From NCBI RefSeq assembly GCF_009914755.1, contig NC_060926.1: a stretch of DNA of 64,000 nt; one strand, written 5' to 3'. Numbering within the stretch: position 1 is the first letter of the stretch; every line of letters starts with the position of its first letter. Below are positions 16,015 through 30,035 of this stretch, in pieces. Under the pieces are notes generated by a model. The model had not been told where the DNA came from. It searched no databases and worked only from the letters and a program-made list of their open reading frames with translations. A program made the translations under genes and the position numbers. The DNA comes from the human T2T-CHM13v2.0 reference genome, Homo sapiens.

Positions 16015-16330
16015 TTTGGCAGCCTGATGGCCATTTTCAGCCTGTAGGTTTTTTTCTTTTAACTTGTGATTTTTAAAATGAAGTAATTTAAAAATTGGGA
16101 AATTTCACATAAAAACCCAGATTTTTGGAAAAATCAGATGATCTAGCACAACTATGCTTGGATTCAACGTGATGATGATCCTGGCCACGCGAGGGGGCTG
16201 CCTGTTTCCACTGAGATATCTGCTCTCTGCCTGACAGCTGTTCCCATCAGGCCCCACAGTCTTGCATCTGCCTGCCTTCCACAGTGGCCTCACCTGTGGG
16301 CTTGCATACATCCCTGAGTTTGGAACTCAT
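16015..16330 (+). mobile_element. hAT-Charlie DNA transposon relic (MER102-like)
   Basis: aaaaattgggaaatttcacataaaaacccagattt motif, shared with 52465-52500. Confidence 0.55.
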
Positions 16331-16581
16331 GTTCTGTTGATCATTTCTCACTTAACTAATACCCATGGGCTTCAAAGACTTCAGCATTTCACACGCCAGC
16401 TAGATAAAATCTGCCTTTGCTTCTCTCTAATTAATGCAGACACAAATACATGCTGGTTTTGACATAAGAAAACAATTGAAGATTACATTTAATTTGGAAA
16501 TAGCTAGAAATAGCTGAAAATAGTTTCTTTCAAATGAATATAGTTACATTATAATTTTACATACAAATAATATCTGAGGGA

Positions 16582-16935
<354 letters not shown>

Positions 16936-17112
16936 TTACAATGTCCAGGTGAGTAGGTAGTAGTGACTGGTAATACAAAAACAAGACTACAAAAAATGTA
17001 ATCATGCCTTTTGTAAAAAATGAAGCTATACATAATACCAGAGATAAAAACTGAAGTGGTTTTTAAACATCATGGAATGATCCATGTTTTAGAAATAAAT
17101 ATAATGGTGGTT

Positions 17113-18083
17113 CCATTCAATTGCCAGACAGGGTACCCTCCCATGTGTGGAAATGTCTGCTCCAAGCCAAGGCTAGGCTTTGGGTCCCACAAAGATGATT
17201 TCTCTGGAAGACTGTGGTGAGGTTGCACCAGGAGGTACCTTTGCCTCTTGCCTCCCACCCCGGTCATTTGCAAGGGAAAGGAGCTGGAGGTACGGGGAGA
17301 AAGATCTCCTTCAATTGAAAGTCCCTCCCCTTCAACACTAGAGAACTGAGCCATGCATTTCTTCGAGGTCCAAGGCCATGCTTGGTGCATAGGCAAGACT
17401 TGCTTCGGCCCCAGGTGTGGTGACTTAGACTTAGGAAACCAATTATGAGTGGAAAATGAACCTCTAGTTAAACTGTGCCAGATGAAGCAGCCCCCCAGTG
17501 CCTACCCTGCCTTGCCCCTCCCCATCATGAACCATGAAAACCCCTCTGATGGCCTCAAGGCAGTGCCTGCAGGCCGAGGCCCTTCTGGGGGTTTCCATCT
17601 TTCTTCCACCAGACTCCAAGCCCACTCTCCTCCAAGACAGTGTTGTCTTTTCTCACCCAGAGTATTAACACTACTAAGTCTTTCACCTTAATTTATGACT
17701 CAGGATTTATTCACGTCCTGCCCACTCTAGGCTCACAGAAATAAAATCAAGTGCTAGACACACTGGCTGCCACTAAGGCACTAGCTTCGGAAGCTGGTGG
17801 TGGCAGCGGGGGTTGCCACCCGGCGTGCTGGGCCCTGGCAGTGCCTCTGCTGATTGAGCCCTTTCTCAGTTAATGGGTGTCGAGTTGGGTCATTTGTCCA
17901 CCGACCCGGTCTTTATGTAAGCAGCCGTGGGCTGTGGGCAGATAGGACCTCAGAGATGCAGCATGAGGCTCTTAAAAAAAACCTGGCCATTCACTGCCTC
18001 TAATTCCCTACTGCTTTGGCATATTGGGCAATGTATTACCTCCTTAAAATAATAAAAGAATAACTTTTCTATGAAAAAGAGAT
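17113..18083 (+). pseudogene. Probable 5'-truncated processed retrocopy of an unidentified mRNA 3' UTR
   Basis: GC-richer unique block flanked by an exact 20-bp direct repeat aaataaatataatggtggtt (17093-17112, 18084-18103). AATAAA at 18051 is followed by a short A-rich tail. Confidence 0.7.
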
Positions 18084-19489
18084 AAATAAATATAATGGTG
18101 GTTAACTCTAGGGAGGGCAATAAGTCAGAAAAGCAAAAAAAATATATATATATATTAGAAAAGCAAAAACACAACTATATACAAAGTTTATATATATATA
18201 TATAAGCTCTCCAAACTCATTTTCTATTTCTTATTATGTATCTCCTGGTGCAAGCAAATTGTCACTTTGTATATAGCTGTGTTTTTGCATTTGAAAAAAC
18301 AATGTATAATAATTTTGCATTAAACTGAAGAAGGCTTTGTAAGAGTAGAATTTATTTTCTTAGTAAAGGGGGTAGAAATTATCCTGGCTGTTTTGAGTCA
18401 AGCATACATTTCCCACCATTCTTCAACTTACTTTTCTCTCCATTACCTTTAGGAAGCCATAGATAGACCTTCTTTTATTTATGTTCTCTGAGGAACCATT
18501 AACTCCAATAAACCCCAGTAAGGCATGCTCCTAATACCAACACATGAGATATACTTTCTAAGAAACAGCCACTACCAAATCATATATGCAACCACCAGTA
18601 AACACTTTTTAATGCGTGATGGGGTTATTTCTAAATTGTGATGGTAGCACTTCAGTTGAGTTTGGTTTTCTCATTTTACTCTTCTCTAAACAACCAAACT
18701 TAATGAGGCATTTAAAGAGAGGCACTAACAAACTATAGTCCATTTAGGGGGAAACAACCAGGATAGAGAACAGTCTGGAAACCAGGTGAGTAAAGGTTGA
18801 TGAAACTGGGAAGAGAAGACCTTGAGGAAGACATGAGAGTTATTATCTAGGCTCTAAAGGAGAAGTTTGAGCATCTTGTGCATAAAGTTTTTTCTCTATT
18901 TAGTCCTTGGAGAAAGGGTGTGAACATTTTGAAGGCTCTTGAAATATTTCACCAAATTTACACTGTTAGCAATGTATATTTATTCTTAAATAGGGACCTT
19001 AATAAGCTCTGGGGATTGGTATCTGTATAATATTCAGTCTTCCTTTAAAACAATGTGATACATATCTCCATTTTATTAAATCTTCACTTATTATTGCTTA
19101 ATACAAATTTATTTCCTTGTACAAGCTACTCACATTTATTATTTAGTTTAAGGTTAAACTTTTGTATATTTTTCTTATTAGCTATTGCTGGTATATTAGA
19201 ATATATTGACATTTGTGTGCATTTACTATATGACAATAATTACTGAATTTCCATTGATGCTAATTACTTCTAGGTGATTCTTTTGGTTTTTCTAGTATTA
19301 TATCTCTTGTTTATGTTTCATTTCTTGTTGCATCACCCAGGGCTCCTAAAACAGTATTAATAATGGTACTAGTGGTTATTTTTATTATTTCAGTAAGAAT
19401 CAAACTGGAACTTATGGAGTTTATAGTGAATGACTCATTTTCTCCATTAAATACGTATATCCCGTCATTCACCACATTTCATTTATTCC

Positions 19490-20180
<691 letters not shown>

Positions 20181-20331
20181 CTGATTTTCTTTTAAATGCC
20201 TTCACTGTAAGTCTCTTTTTTCCACCCTGCCCTAGACTTTTATCTCTCCTCTCTAGATTAATAAACTAATCTCCTAGTTTTATTTCTAGATGTCAGTCTT
20301 TTTTCTTAGATCCATCATGCATACATATTAA

Positions 20332-20682
<351 letters not shown>

Positions 20683-22689
20683 GAATTCTTAAGTGTATCA
20701 TTAATCAAAACTCTTCACTCTTTCATTTCATAAAATTATATTGAGTTACTATGTCCCAGACACTCAATGTAGAGTGAACTGGACAAAACTGGAGCTTATA
20801 TTTTGCCTGGTATGCAAGTGGATTCCATATTAGCCATCCAAACTCATTTCGTATTTCTTAACATGTACCTCCTGTTGTGAGCAAATTTTCCCCTATGTAG
20901 AACATGCTTGCTCTTGCTCCTGTGCCTTCATCCATGCCATTCCTCTATCTGGAGTTTCACTTTTCTTAACCCTTACTTAAATTTCATGTAGGCTTCACAG
21001 CTCAGATCTACCCTGTCTTGATCTAGAAAGCCATCTTTGGCTACTTCAGACACCATAAATCTCTTGTGTTTCTCCCTAGAAATTAACTTTTACATCATAT
21101 AATACAGAACTTGATGCTGTTTTGTACTCTTTGCTTTTAACATACGATTGTTTTGCTTATCCAATTGTAGACTGAACATTTAAAAATGATGATATTTGAC
21201 AATTTTTACCCATACAAATGGCAATTTTATATGGAGAAATCTAAGAGAATATAAATTGCTTGAGGGCAAAGACAGTCTCATACTTGTTTGAAATATCCCG
21301 TCTTCCAGGCACCCAAGTTCTTGTTGACTAACCAAGGACACTTTTCTGTCTTTACCCCTGGCTGTCAGCAGTCATATCTTAGGTTGTCTTGTGTCGCAAA
21401 CATTTTCAATCGTTCTGCTGTGTGATTCAAGGAGGAGGATAAAGAGTGCATGGCCTCTGTGGCAGCTCAGCTATTCAGGGATCCTTTTGCTTCTTTATAC
21501 TTGATTTACTTGATTAATTGCTCTTCCCATTTGTCAGCTTACATTCATGGCCATGTTCCAAATGGCTGAAGCTGCTGGAATTTTTTTATCCAGAAAAGTG
21601 AGGTAATAGTATGAAGTTTATTTTAGAATTTACAAACATTCCTTTAATATTGTAGAAGGAAAACCTTACATTTATAATTTTCCAGGGGTAAAGATATATT
21701 CAGAAGGGTTAATCTTGTCTTTGAATACAACTATTAGAAGCACTAGGAACAGAATCCGGCCATCCTAGCATCTGGTCCAGAGGTTTCATCACTATGAAGA
21801 AGTGGGCTCCAGGTGTGATTTCTCCTAGGGTTCTTTTTGAAAAAGCATACATACATAGACACACACACACACAAAATTATATAAATCATTTTATATATAA
21901 TACATACATAAATGCATACATACACACATAGACATATACATTTATGTTTATAAATATATTATTTATTTATTTTGGATACGTGCTCAAAAATAAATCAATT
22001 GTCTTTCCTCCCACCATCCCAAGAGCCTTAACTTTCACTCCCACTTCCTAGCCATCTCGGTAGGGGCTTAAGGGGCCATATTATACAAATACTAGGAAGG
22101 CAGAGTGGCCTCAAATATTAGACCAAAGCCAGAGGAGCATACTACCTTCAGGTTCCAACCAAGAATGAAGAATAGAAAAGAGCTGCCAGAATGCCACTGG
22201 GCCATTGGATCTGAAAATGACTATGGGTGAGACAAAGTCAAATGAGGCATCCTGGCCAACAAGTACACAACAGTGAGAAAAGTCAGACATTTGAACTCTG
22301 CTATGTCAACCCTAAACTGCTGTGACTTGCTAGAGTGACCACAGTCCTCAACAGGGCTCAGCGTGGGGAAAAGTCCTAGAAACAGTGTGCTCTGGCTAGA
22401 GTTGATGCAGGGGAATCTACTATCACTGAGATCAAGCCAGGACCAACTAGGACAAAATAAACTTCAAAATGACTTCCTTAACTGGTCAAAGCTTATTATT
22501 ATTTTTTTTTTTTAAATCTAAACATGGTAGAGTTTTTGCTTCTCAGAAACTGGGGTATTTTCCAATGGATAGTGGTGGACTCATTAGGGAGTCTCCCAGA
22601 GGGGCTGGCCTTCGGGAGCTTTCCATACCCCATCATAACTCAGTTGTCTCTGGGTATTGGGAAGTAGTGGGGTAGAGTGGAAAAAGCAA

Positions 22690-22900
22690 GGCTGATCTGA
22701 GGACAAATTCTAGCTCATCTACTTTCCAGCTGTGAGACTTTGGCAAGCTACTTAACCTCTTTGAGTCTCAGTTTCCTTAACTGAAAAATTAGGACAGTAT
22801 CCACTTTGCAGGGTTGAGAGAAGGATCAGATTTAATACATTGAAAGCATCGAATATAGTTTCTGACTTACAGCAAGGGATCAATAAATAATAGCTAATTA
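22690..22900 (+). mobile_element. MIR SINE
   Basis: agctgtgagactttggcaagctacttaacctctttgagtctcagtttcc MIR core. Confidence 0.75.
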
Positions 22901-23042
22901 GCTTATCCCAATCTAAATAGAGATTTTCTATGATTTAGACTCATTCCTCCTTTTAAACACTTGAGATTTACATCAAGGGGAAGGAAAAAAGCTATGAAGG
23001 CCACATGTCATTTTTTTTTTAAAGGAAGACATCAAGTTGTTC

Positions 23043-23168
23043 ATCTGTTTGGATGGGATCAGTAGAAATTAATGTAAAGCAGTCACATCCATTTCTTCTG
23101 ATATTATCTGTTTGGATGGGATCAGTAGAAATTAATGTAAAGCAGTCACATCCATTTCTTCTGGTATT
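23043..23168. repeat. 63-bp tandem duplication (2 copies, 1 mismatch)
   Basis: atctgtttggatggg...ttcttctg(a/g)tatt at 23043-23105 and 23106-23168. Confidence 0.95.
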
Positions 23169-25052
23169 GCTGTAAATAAGAAAACAGGGCTTGTACAAGC
23201 ATACGTAATTTTGCCAAGGCCAAAATGCTAGGGGGAAGACATTTAACATGCCTCAAACTTAATCTGAATCACTTACGTAAGATAACATCTTAGCAACACC
23301 TGGAAATTGTGTCTTACTCCTTTCCTACTTGTACTTAAATTAGTCATAGGCTAATATAACTTTATAACAACCCCTCAAAAAGTCAAAAGGACACTTCATC
23401 TTTAGCATTAGAAGGCTGGTAGTTTTTAGTTAAACCAGGCGGTCATTTGGTAATATGACTAGTGATAGTGAAACAGACCTGAGATGAGGTTTAGTTATCT
23501 CTATTTATTCCCTCAAAGGGCATGTCTACGTGAACAAAATCATGACAGTGTAATTAGAAGGAAACGTGTAGCTCTTCCCCCATTTCCTTGCTTCCCTGCA
23601 CTCAACCTCCTTTCCCTTTCTCCATATACCAAATTGCCCTATCTCCTTGAGAAAAGGCAGATGTCCAAAATAGGGTGAAAGTTTGTTTCTGTTTTCCATT
23701 AAACTTAATGTCTTGTACTAAGGAAGGTACTAGTCTGATTTATTTACTTGGGGAGTGTGTATATATGACTATTTCAGAGGTGTTATACTAACTGGGTATT
23801 CAAAGAATACACATTTTCATTTGTAACAAAATTAGGTCACTTTATTGCCCTGTAACACAAAGACAAAATGTAGCATCAAGCTTGTATCGGCTTCCAGATT
23901 TTGCTATTTTTCCACCTTTGCAGTCTGTCTATAAATTCTTTTCACCATCATTTTAGGTACTTCTAGAACTCAAGGAACTGCCAAATATCACTTTCCACCA
24001 TCCAGTCCCTGACAAATATGTCAAATATGCTTACCCTTCTTGTGTGAAAGAAGCCCATGAAATCTGCCTGGTTGAACTTCCAGCTCAGGGATACACACAT
24101 TTTGCCTCCCTCTTCTATTCTGGTCAAGATGGTCAGCATTGGAATTTGAGGCCTATGGCTTTCTTGCAGACTAAGACAACAGACTTTATTTGATTTACTT
24201 TCTTGCAGACCAATCAAAAATTACAATTAAGTTAAAAAATAACCTAGTGCTGCCTTCCCCAAACCACAGTTTCAGAAACAGCTGCTTATTACTCATGTGT
24301 GGCACCAGGAAATTGCAGTGTCATGTTCAAGGTCTGCAGCCAATAGAGATCTGTGGGATTGGGAAAAGGGCACAAATGATTCTTTTATGTTGGTTACCTT
24401 CACTCCCTCAGCACCACCACAAAATTCAAAATTTATGGGGGGCGGAGAAGACAGAGAACTAGTAACCTGGGCAAGAAAAAAGAGAGGAAAAAGCTCTTTC
24501 TCATCAAATTTCCTTATGCATTGGCTAATTCCTTCCCTCTGATTTGTCAATTTACCTTCCATTTCAAAACAAGCTTCCTTAGCCATTGTGTAACATCTAG
24601 ATTTGGAGCGACTGTCGGGAATGCTTTGGTGAAGAGGGCTGCTGCACTTGACAAACAACTCCGTCTCTGAAAGTCTAACCAAAAGACCCAATTCACAGTG
24701 AACGGTCACCTGCCACTCACTAGGAACAGGCTGGCTTGACGAAATGGAAGAATCAACATTGTCACACATTGTGAAATAATTTCCCATATAGTTCAGTTGC
24801 ATTTGCCTGGCCAGACAACCATGAAAGGTTGCATTTTGTTTCTAGGGTCATTTCTCAGTTCATTTAATAGGTGGGTAGAGTGAAGTCTAGTGGCCTTGGC
24901 CAGGTGAGTTCATGGGAAGTTAGGAAAAAACAGCCTGTGGATTCTGCTCAAGCTTGAAAATCCTAACACACCTCACGAGACTATTCTGAATCCTCAATTT
25001 TAAATTTTACTTCTCTTACTCATCAATCCTTAAAAATAGAAAATGAAAAGTA

Positions 25053-25353
25053 AGCTGGATGTGGGGGCTGATGCCTGTAATCCCAGCACTTTCGGAGGCC
25101 AAGGTGGGAGGATCACTTGAGCCTAGGAGTTCCAGACCAGCCTGGCAATGAAGTGAGATCCCTATCTCTGTAAAAAATTAAAAAATTAGCCGATTGCAGT
25201 GGTATGCACCTGTAGTCCAAGCTACTTAGGAGGCTGAGGTGGGAGGATCCCTTGAGCCCAGGAATTTGAGGCTGCAGTGAACTACGAGCTATGATTGGGC
25301 CACTGTGCTCTAGCCTGGGTGACAGGGCGAGACCCCATCTCAAAATAAATAAA
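25053..25353 (+). mobile_element. Alu (AluJ-like)
   Basis: Diverged dimer with gaggatcacttgagcc and gaggctgcagtg. Confidence 0.9.
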
Positions 25354-26782
25354 TATCACCAAAGTATATGGGATATTCCTATTTCAAAAAGTTGTTCAAA
25401 ACTCCATTTTCCCATAATTAACCTTTGAGCTCCTTATCATGGCTCAATGCTGGGATGTTTGTACATAAACATAGAAGTGTCTCTTTTCTAATTAGCTGCT
25501 CCTCACCCTCCCCAATCCATTATGGGACTACTCTAACAAGACTTAAATTTTGGCTAATCAAGCACTTTACTGAGGGTGGATTGTGATGCCACCAATTAGC
25601 TCTTATCTGATCCTCTCCCAAAGGTGATAATTTCTGCTTAGAGCTGGGAAACTATGTGATAGTTTAATCTGGTTTAATGCAATTGGGTAGATTTATGAGT
25701 GGCCACCATCACTCCTATCAAATTACATTTTGCTCTCTGCTGGAAACTAGGTCTTAGGGAATAAAAGATTTAAAAAATTTCAATTTCATTTTTCTCAGTG
25801 GCTAGAATGGCAAAGATGAAACCGAGAAGGCACATTTCTTATCCAGAAAAATATATGGGATGGGGTCTACTTCAGACAGCTTTTCTGCACTAAGTGCCTC
25901 AAGGGTTGTGGTTTAGTTAAACCACAACTCCATGGAACTTAATGAAGCATTTGCAAAGAGTAAGTACAAGAATGTGGTCCAAATATTCTGAGCTCAAAAC
26001 AGGTTATATGATCTGATATAGGTACATGTGTTTTATTTATGAGGAAAATAAACTACAGTATTTTAAATTGAGACAATTCCAGAAAATTCTCATAGATGGT
26101 CAGCAGAATTGTGCTTCTCTGTTGAGTTAGTTACATGTTTGAAATAAATCTGATTTAGGTCTCTACTATTCCTTTTAGCCCGAGTTCTGACATTACTGAC
26201 TCATTGAGCAGTAAATGAGGAAAAGTTCTAAGCAGACTTTTTAACTCACCTTCGTTACTTAATATATGAGAAAACTGAGCCCAGAGAGGTGATGAGCTCT
26301 ACCTAAGATCACCCAGCTAATTAGTGACAACTTCTGACTCACTTTCTTAAGCACCCCTTGCTACTCCAAGGAAGGGGCCTTTCTGAGGGCATCTGAGGTC
26401 AGAGTGTAGCCCCAGGATTTGGTTCAGCTCAGGAATTCTGAGGTCACTGGATGCCTACTGACCCACCTTGTAGAAATGTAAGATTTCTAAAACTGAGTTC
26501 CTGCACAGAAGCAGGATTGTGCAGACTAAATTAGCCCAGGTTTAGATCCACAGTTTTGATCTGAACTGGATCTGCCTTTGGCTTATTGAAAAATAATACC
26601 TCTAGTCCTTATATGAAGTTCTTGTATAAAAATTCTTTTAATGGTCACATCTCATGCAATTTTCTGAATATGAAGATGATCTTTAACAGCATCTTATTGG
26701 CTCAACTAGGGGAAACTCATAAATTAAAGTTACACAAAATTCTGTGACAGAAATGGATTTATCATCAACTTAAACCCGAGGC

Positions 26783-27068
26783 GGCCGGGCGCAGTGGCTC
26801 ATGCCTGTAATCCCAGCACTTTGGGAGGCTGAGGGGGATGGATCACCTGAGGTCAGGAGTTTGAGACCAGCCTGGCCAACATGGCGAAACCCCGTCTCTA
26901 CTAAAATTACAAAAAAATTAGCCGAGGGTGGTGCTGCATGCTTGTAATCCCAGCTACTCAGGAGAATCACTTGAACCCGGGAGGCGGAGGTTGCAGTGAG
27001 CCAAGATCGCGCCAGTGTACTCCAGCTTGGGCAACAGAGTGAGACTCCGTCTCAAACAAACAAACAAA
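26783..27068 (+). mobile_element. Alu (AluS-type) with ~12-bp right-arm deletion
   Basis: ctactcaggagaatcac lacks the gctgaggcagga segment; (CAAA)n tail. Confidence 0.92.
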
Positions 27069-27489
27069 CACCTTAGGCTATTTGCCAAAACTAGAGAAGT
27101 AACTTTATTAAAAGGAGAAGCAACTACAGCTGAGGAAAAACAGAAAGCAAAACAAAGCAACTCCCTGTATGTACGTATGTGGGAGAAACTAAAGAAATAT
27201 GGCTTTTCAGAAACAGAGGAAAAACAAAAGTAGCATTACCTGATCATGTAGGGGAATGAACCATAAGAGTTAGGAGAGACATGAAAGGCTGAGAGCAAAG
27301 AAGGGAAGAAGTAGGGAAGGATGAAAGCAATAATAATAATAATAACAATGATAGTGATATTTAAAAAAAGAAGAAATTGGGCTTGATGGTTCTGTGGCAA
27401 TTTTTTTTTAAGTTTAAAAAATAGAGAACACAGGCTTATAAAGAGGGAAGAAAGTTTCATTGCTCAATGAAGCTGATTGAGATCTGAAA

Positions 27490-27650
27490 TGGGAGTTGGA
27501 AATCTTGGTTTCTATTCCCAGCTATGTCCCCAGTAAGCTCTATGACCTTTTCTGTTAATCACTTAACTTCTCCATGCCTCAGTTTCCTCATCTACAAAAT
27601 AAAGTGATTCTATTCAGTCATTCAAAACTAGATGATCAATAGGGATCTCT
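27490..27650 (+). mobile_element. MIR SINE
   Basis: aatcacttaacttctccatgcctcagtttcctcatctacaaaat. Confidence 0.7.
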
Positions 27651-28489
27651 TTCAATTTGAAGATTGTACGATTTTATAATTAACCAACAAGGAAGACATC
27701 AAAAGAAACTTGTTGAATAGCTCCAAGAATGTTGCAAGGGAATATCTGCGGAGCTAGATAAAAGGTGAGTTTAACCAGACTAATTAGAAGATACTCCAGG
27801 AAATTCTCAACAAAAGTGAAATAATGTCACCAGCTTTTTGTTCCCCTGCCTGCTGAGCTCCATTCAAAGAGGGAAGTAAGGCCTTTTAAGAATCATCCCC
27901 TCACAGGTATGCAACCAGTTATCAGTTTTCCTGAAAACCTCTACAAATCCCTTCCTTTCATCAATGCATTTAATTAGTTAATGTTTAGATAGCACTTTCG
28001 GGATGTAAAGTACAATATAAGGGCTCAACATTATTATTACTTAACAGCTTTTATGGGACCAGCCATTCCTGAGATTAAATGAGAAACTAAAGTGAGTCCC
28101 TGGTTAGAAGGTTGTGATCTAATACATTGCTGGCTCACTGATGAGGAAAAACAAGCCCTGCATGTACATTGAAATAGGTGCTTTTATTAGCCTGTATATC
28201 ATTGTCTAAGATGGTTGGGGATTTTTACTCTTTGCTTCAAGGTCCACAAGTAGAAGCCACAACTTTCAATACAGTAGTGATTACAATTTCACATGTCCTA
28301 TATTTCTAGAATATTATCTGTTGTGTCTGCAGTGTCTGTATGCCTGGGCACCTGTACATCCGGAATATGGATTCAAATACATGGGAATTTGCTATACAAT
28401 AAAGGTGGGGAAGATGAATTTTTAAATAAATGATGTTGGGGCAAGTTGTTAGCCATCAGGGAAAGCAAATAAGCTGGATCCCTAACTCA

Positions 28490-29108
<619 letters not shown>

Positions 29109-29898
29109 TTTAAAAACTATATTTTCTGATAAACTGAAGACTTAAATATAAAAAGAAAACCATAAAATATTTTTAAAACTATAACATTAGGGAAAAATAT
29201 TAGAAATTTAGAATATTAGAAAAATAGAATTTACCCCATTTATGTGGGGTAAATATTTTGTAATCTTAGATGCTATAAAAAAGTAATAAATCTAAATATA
29301 TAAAGTAAACAATTAGTTCAATATAAAATATCATTTAAAAGTCAAATGACAGAAACAAAAAAAAATTTCCTATTTATATGAAAAAAGTGTCAATTTCCTT
29401 AGTATACACAAAGCTCTCTTAAATTAATAAGGAAAAGACCAATGTTATAACTTAAACACATGTTAATAAAAAGGCAATTCAGAAAAACTACAAATGGCCA
29501 ATAATGATATTAAAAAGATGCTCAACTTTACTTCTCATGGAAAAAACACAAATTAAAACAACACTGTGAAGTTAATTTTTATTTATCAGATTGGCCAGGA
29601 TTAAAAATATTGTTAATATAGAAAATTAATGTGTGTTCAGGAAAACAGGCACTCTCAAGACAGTGAATGGAAGTATTAAATTGGTTCTACCTTTTCAGAA
29701 GGCAACTGGACTGGCAATATTTATTGAACTGCGAAGCATGCATACCCTTTGACCTAGCAGTCTTACTTTAATGAATTTACACTACAGAGATATTCACACA
29801 AGTGTACAGGGAAATGTGGAGGGTGTTCACTGCAGTATAGGTCCTCAAAGAGAAACACTGGCCAGATTGAAAACACACACAAACACACAACTTAGGTT

Positions 29899-30035
29899 TA
29901 GCTGGGCGTGGTAGTGTGGGTAGTGTGCACCTTGTAGTCTCAGCTACTTAGGAGGCTGAAGTGGGAGTATCCTTTGACTCTAAGATTCTGAGGCCAGCTG
30001 GGCAACACAGTGAGGCCCTGTCTCTTAAAAAAAGC
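29899..30035 (+). mobile_element. Alu monomer (FLAM-like) followed by (AAC)n
   Basis: tagctgggcgtggt...tgtagtctcagctact...gggcaacacagtgaggccctgtctc. Confidence 0.7.

Noticed and set aside
17070-17691. ORFs (108 aa minus, 80 aa plus) inside the retrocopy
   Set aside because: No recognisable protein similarity; the block looks like UTR.
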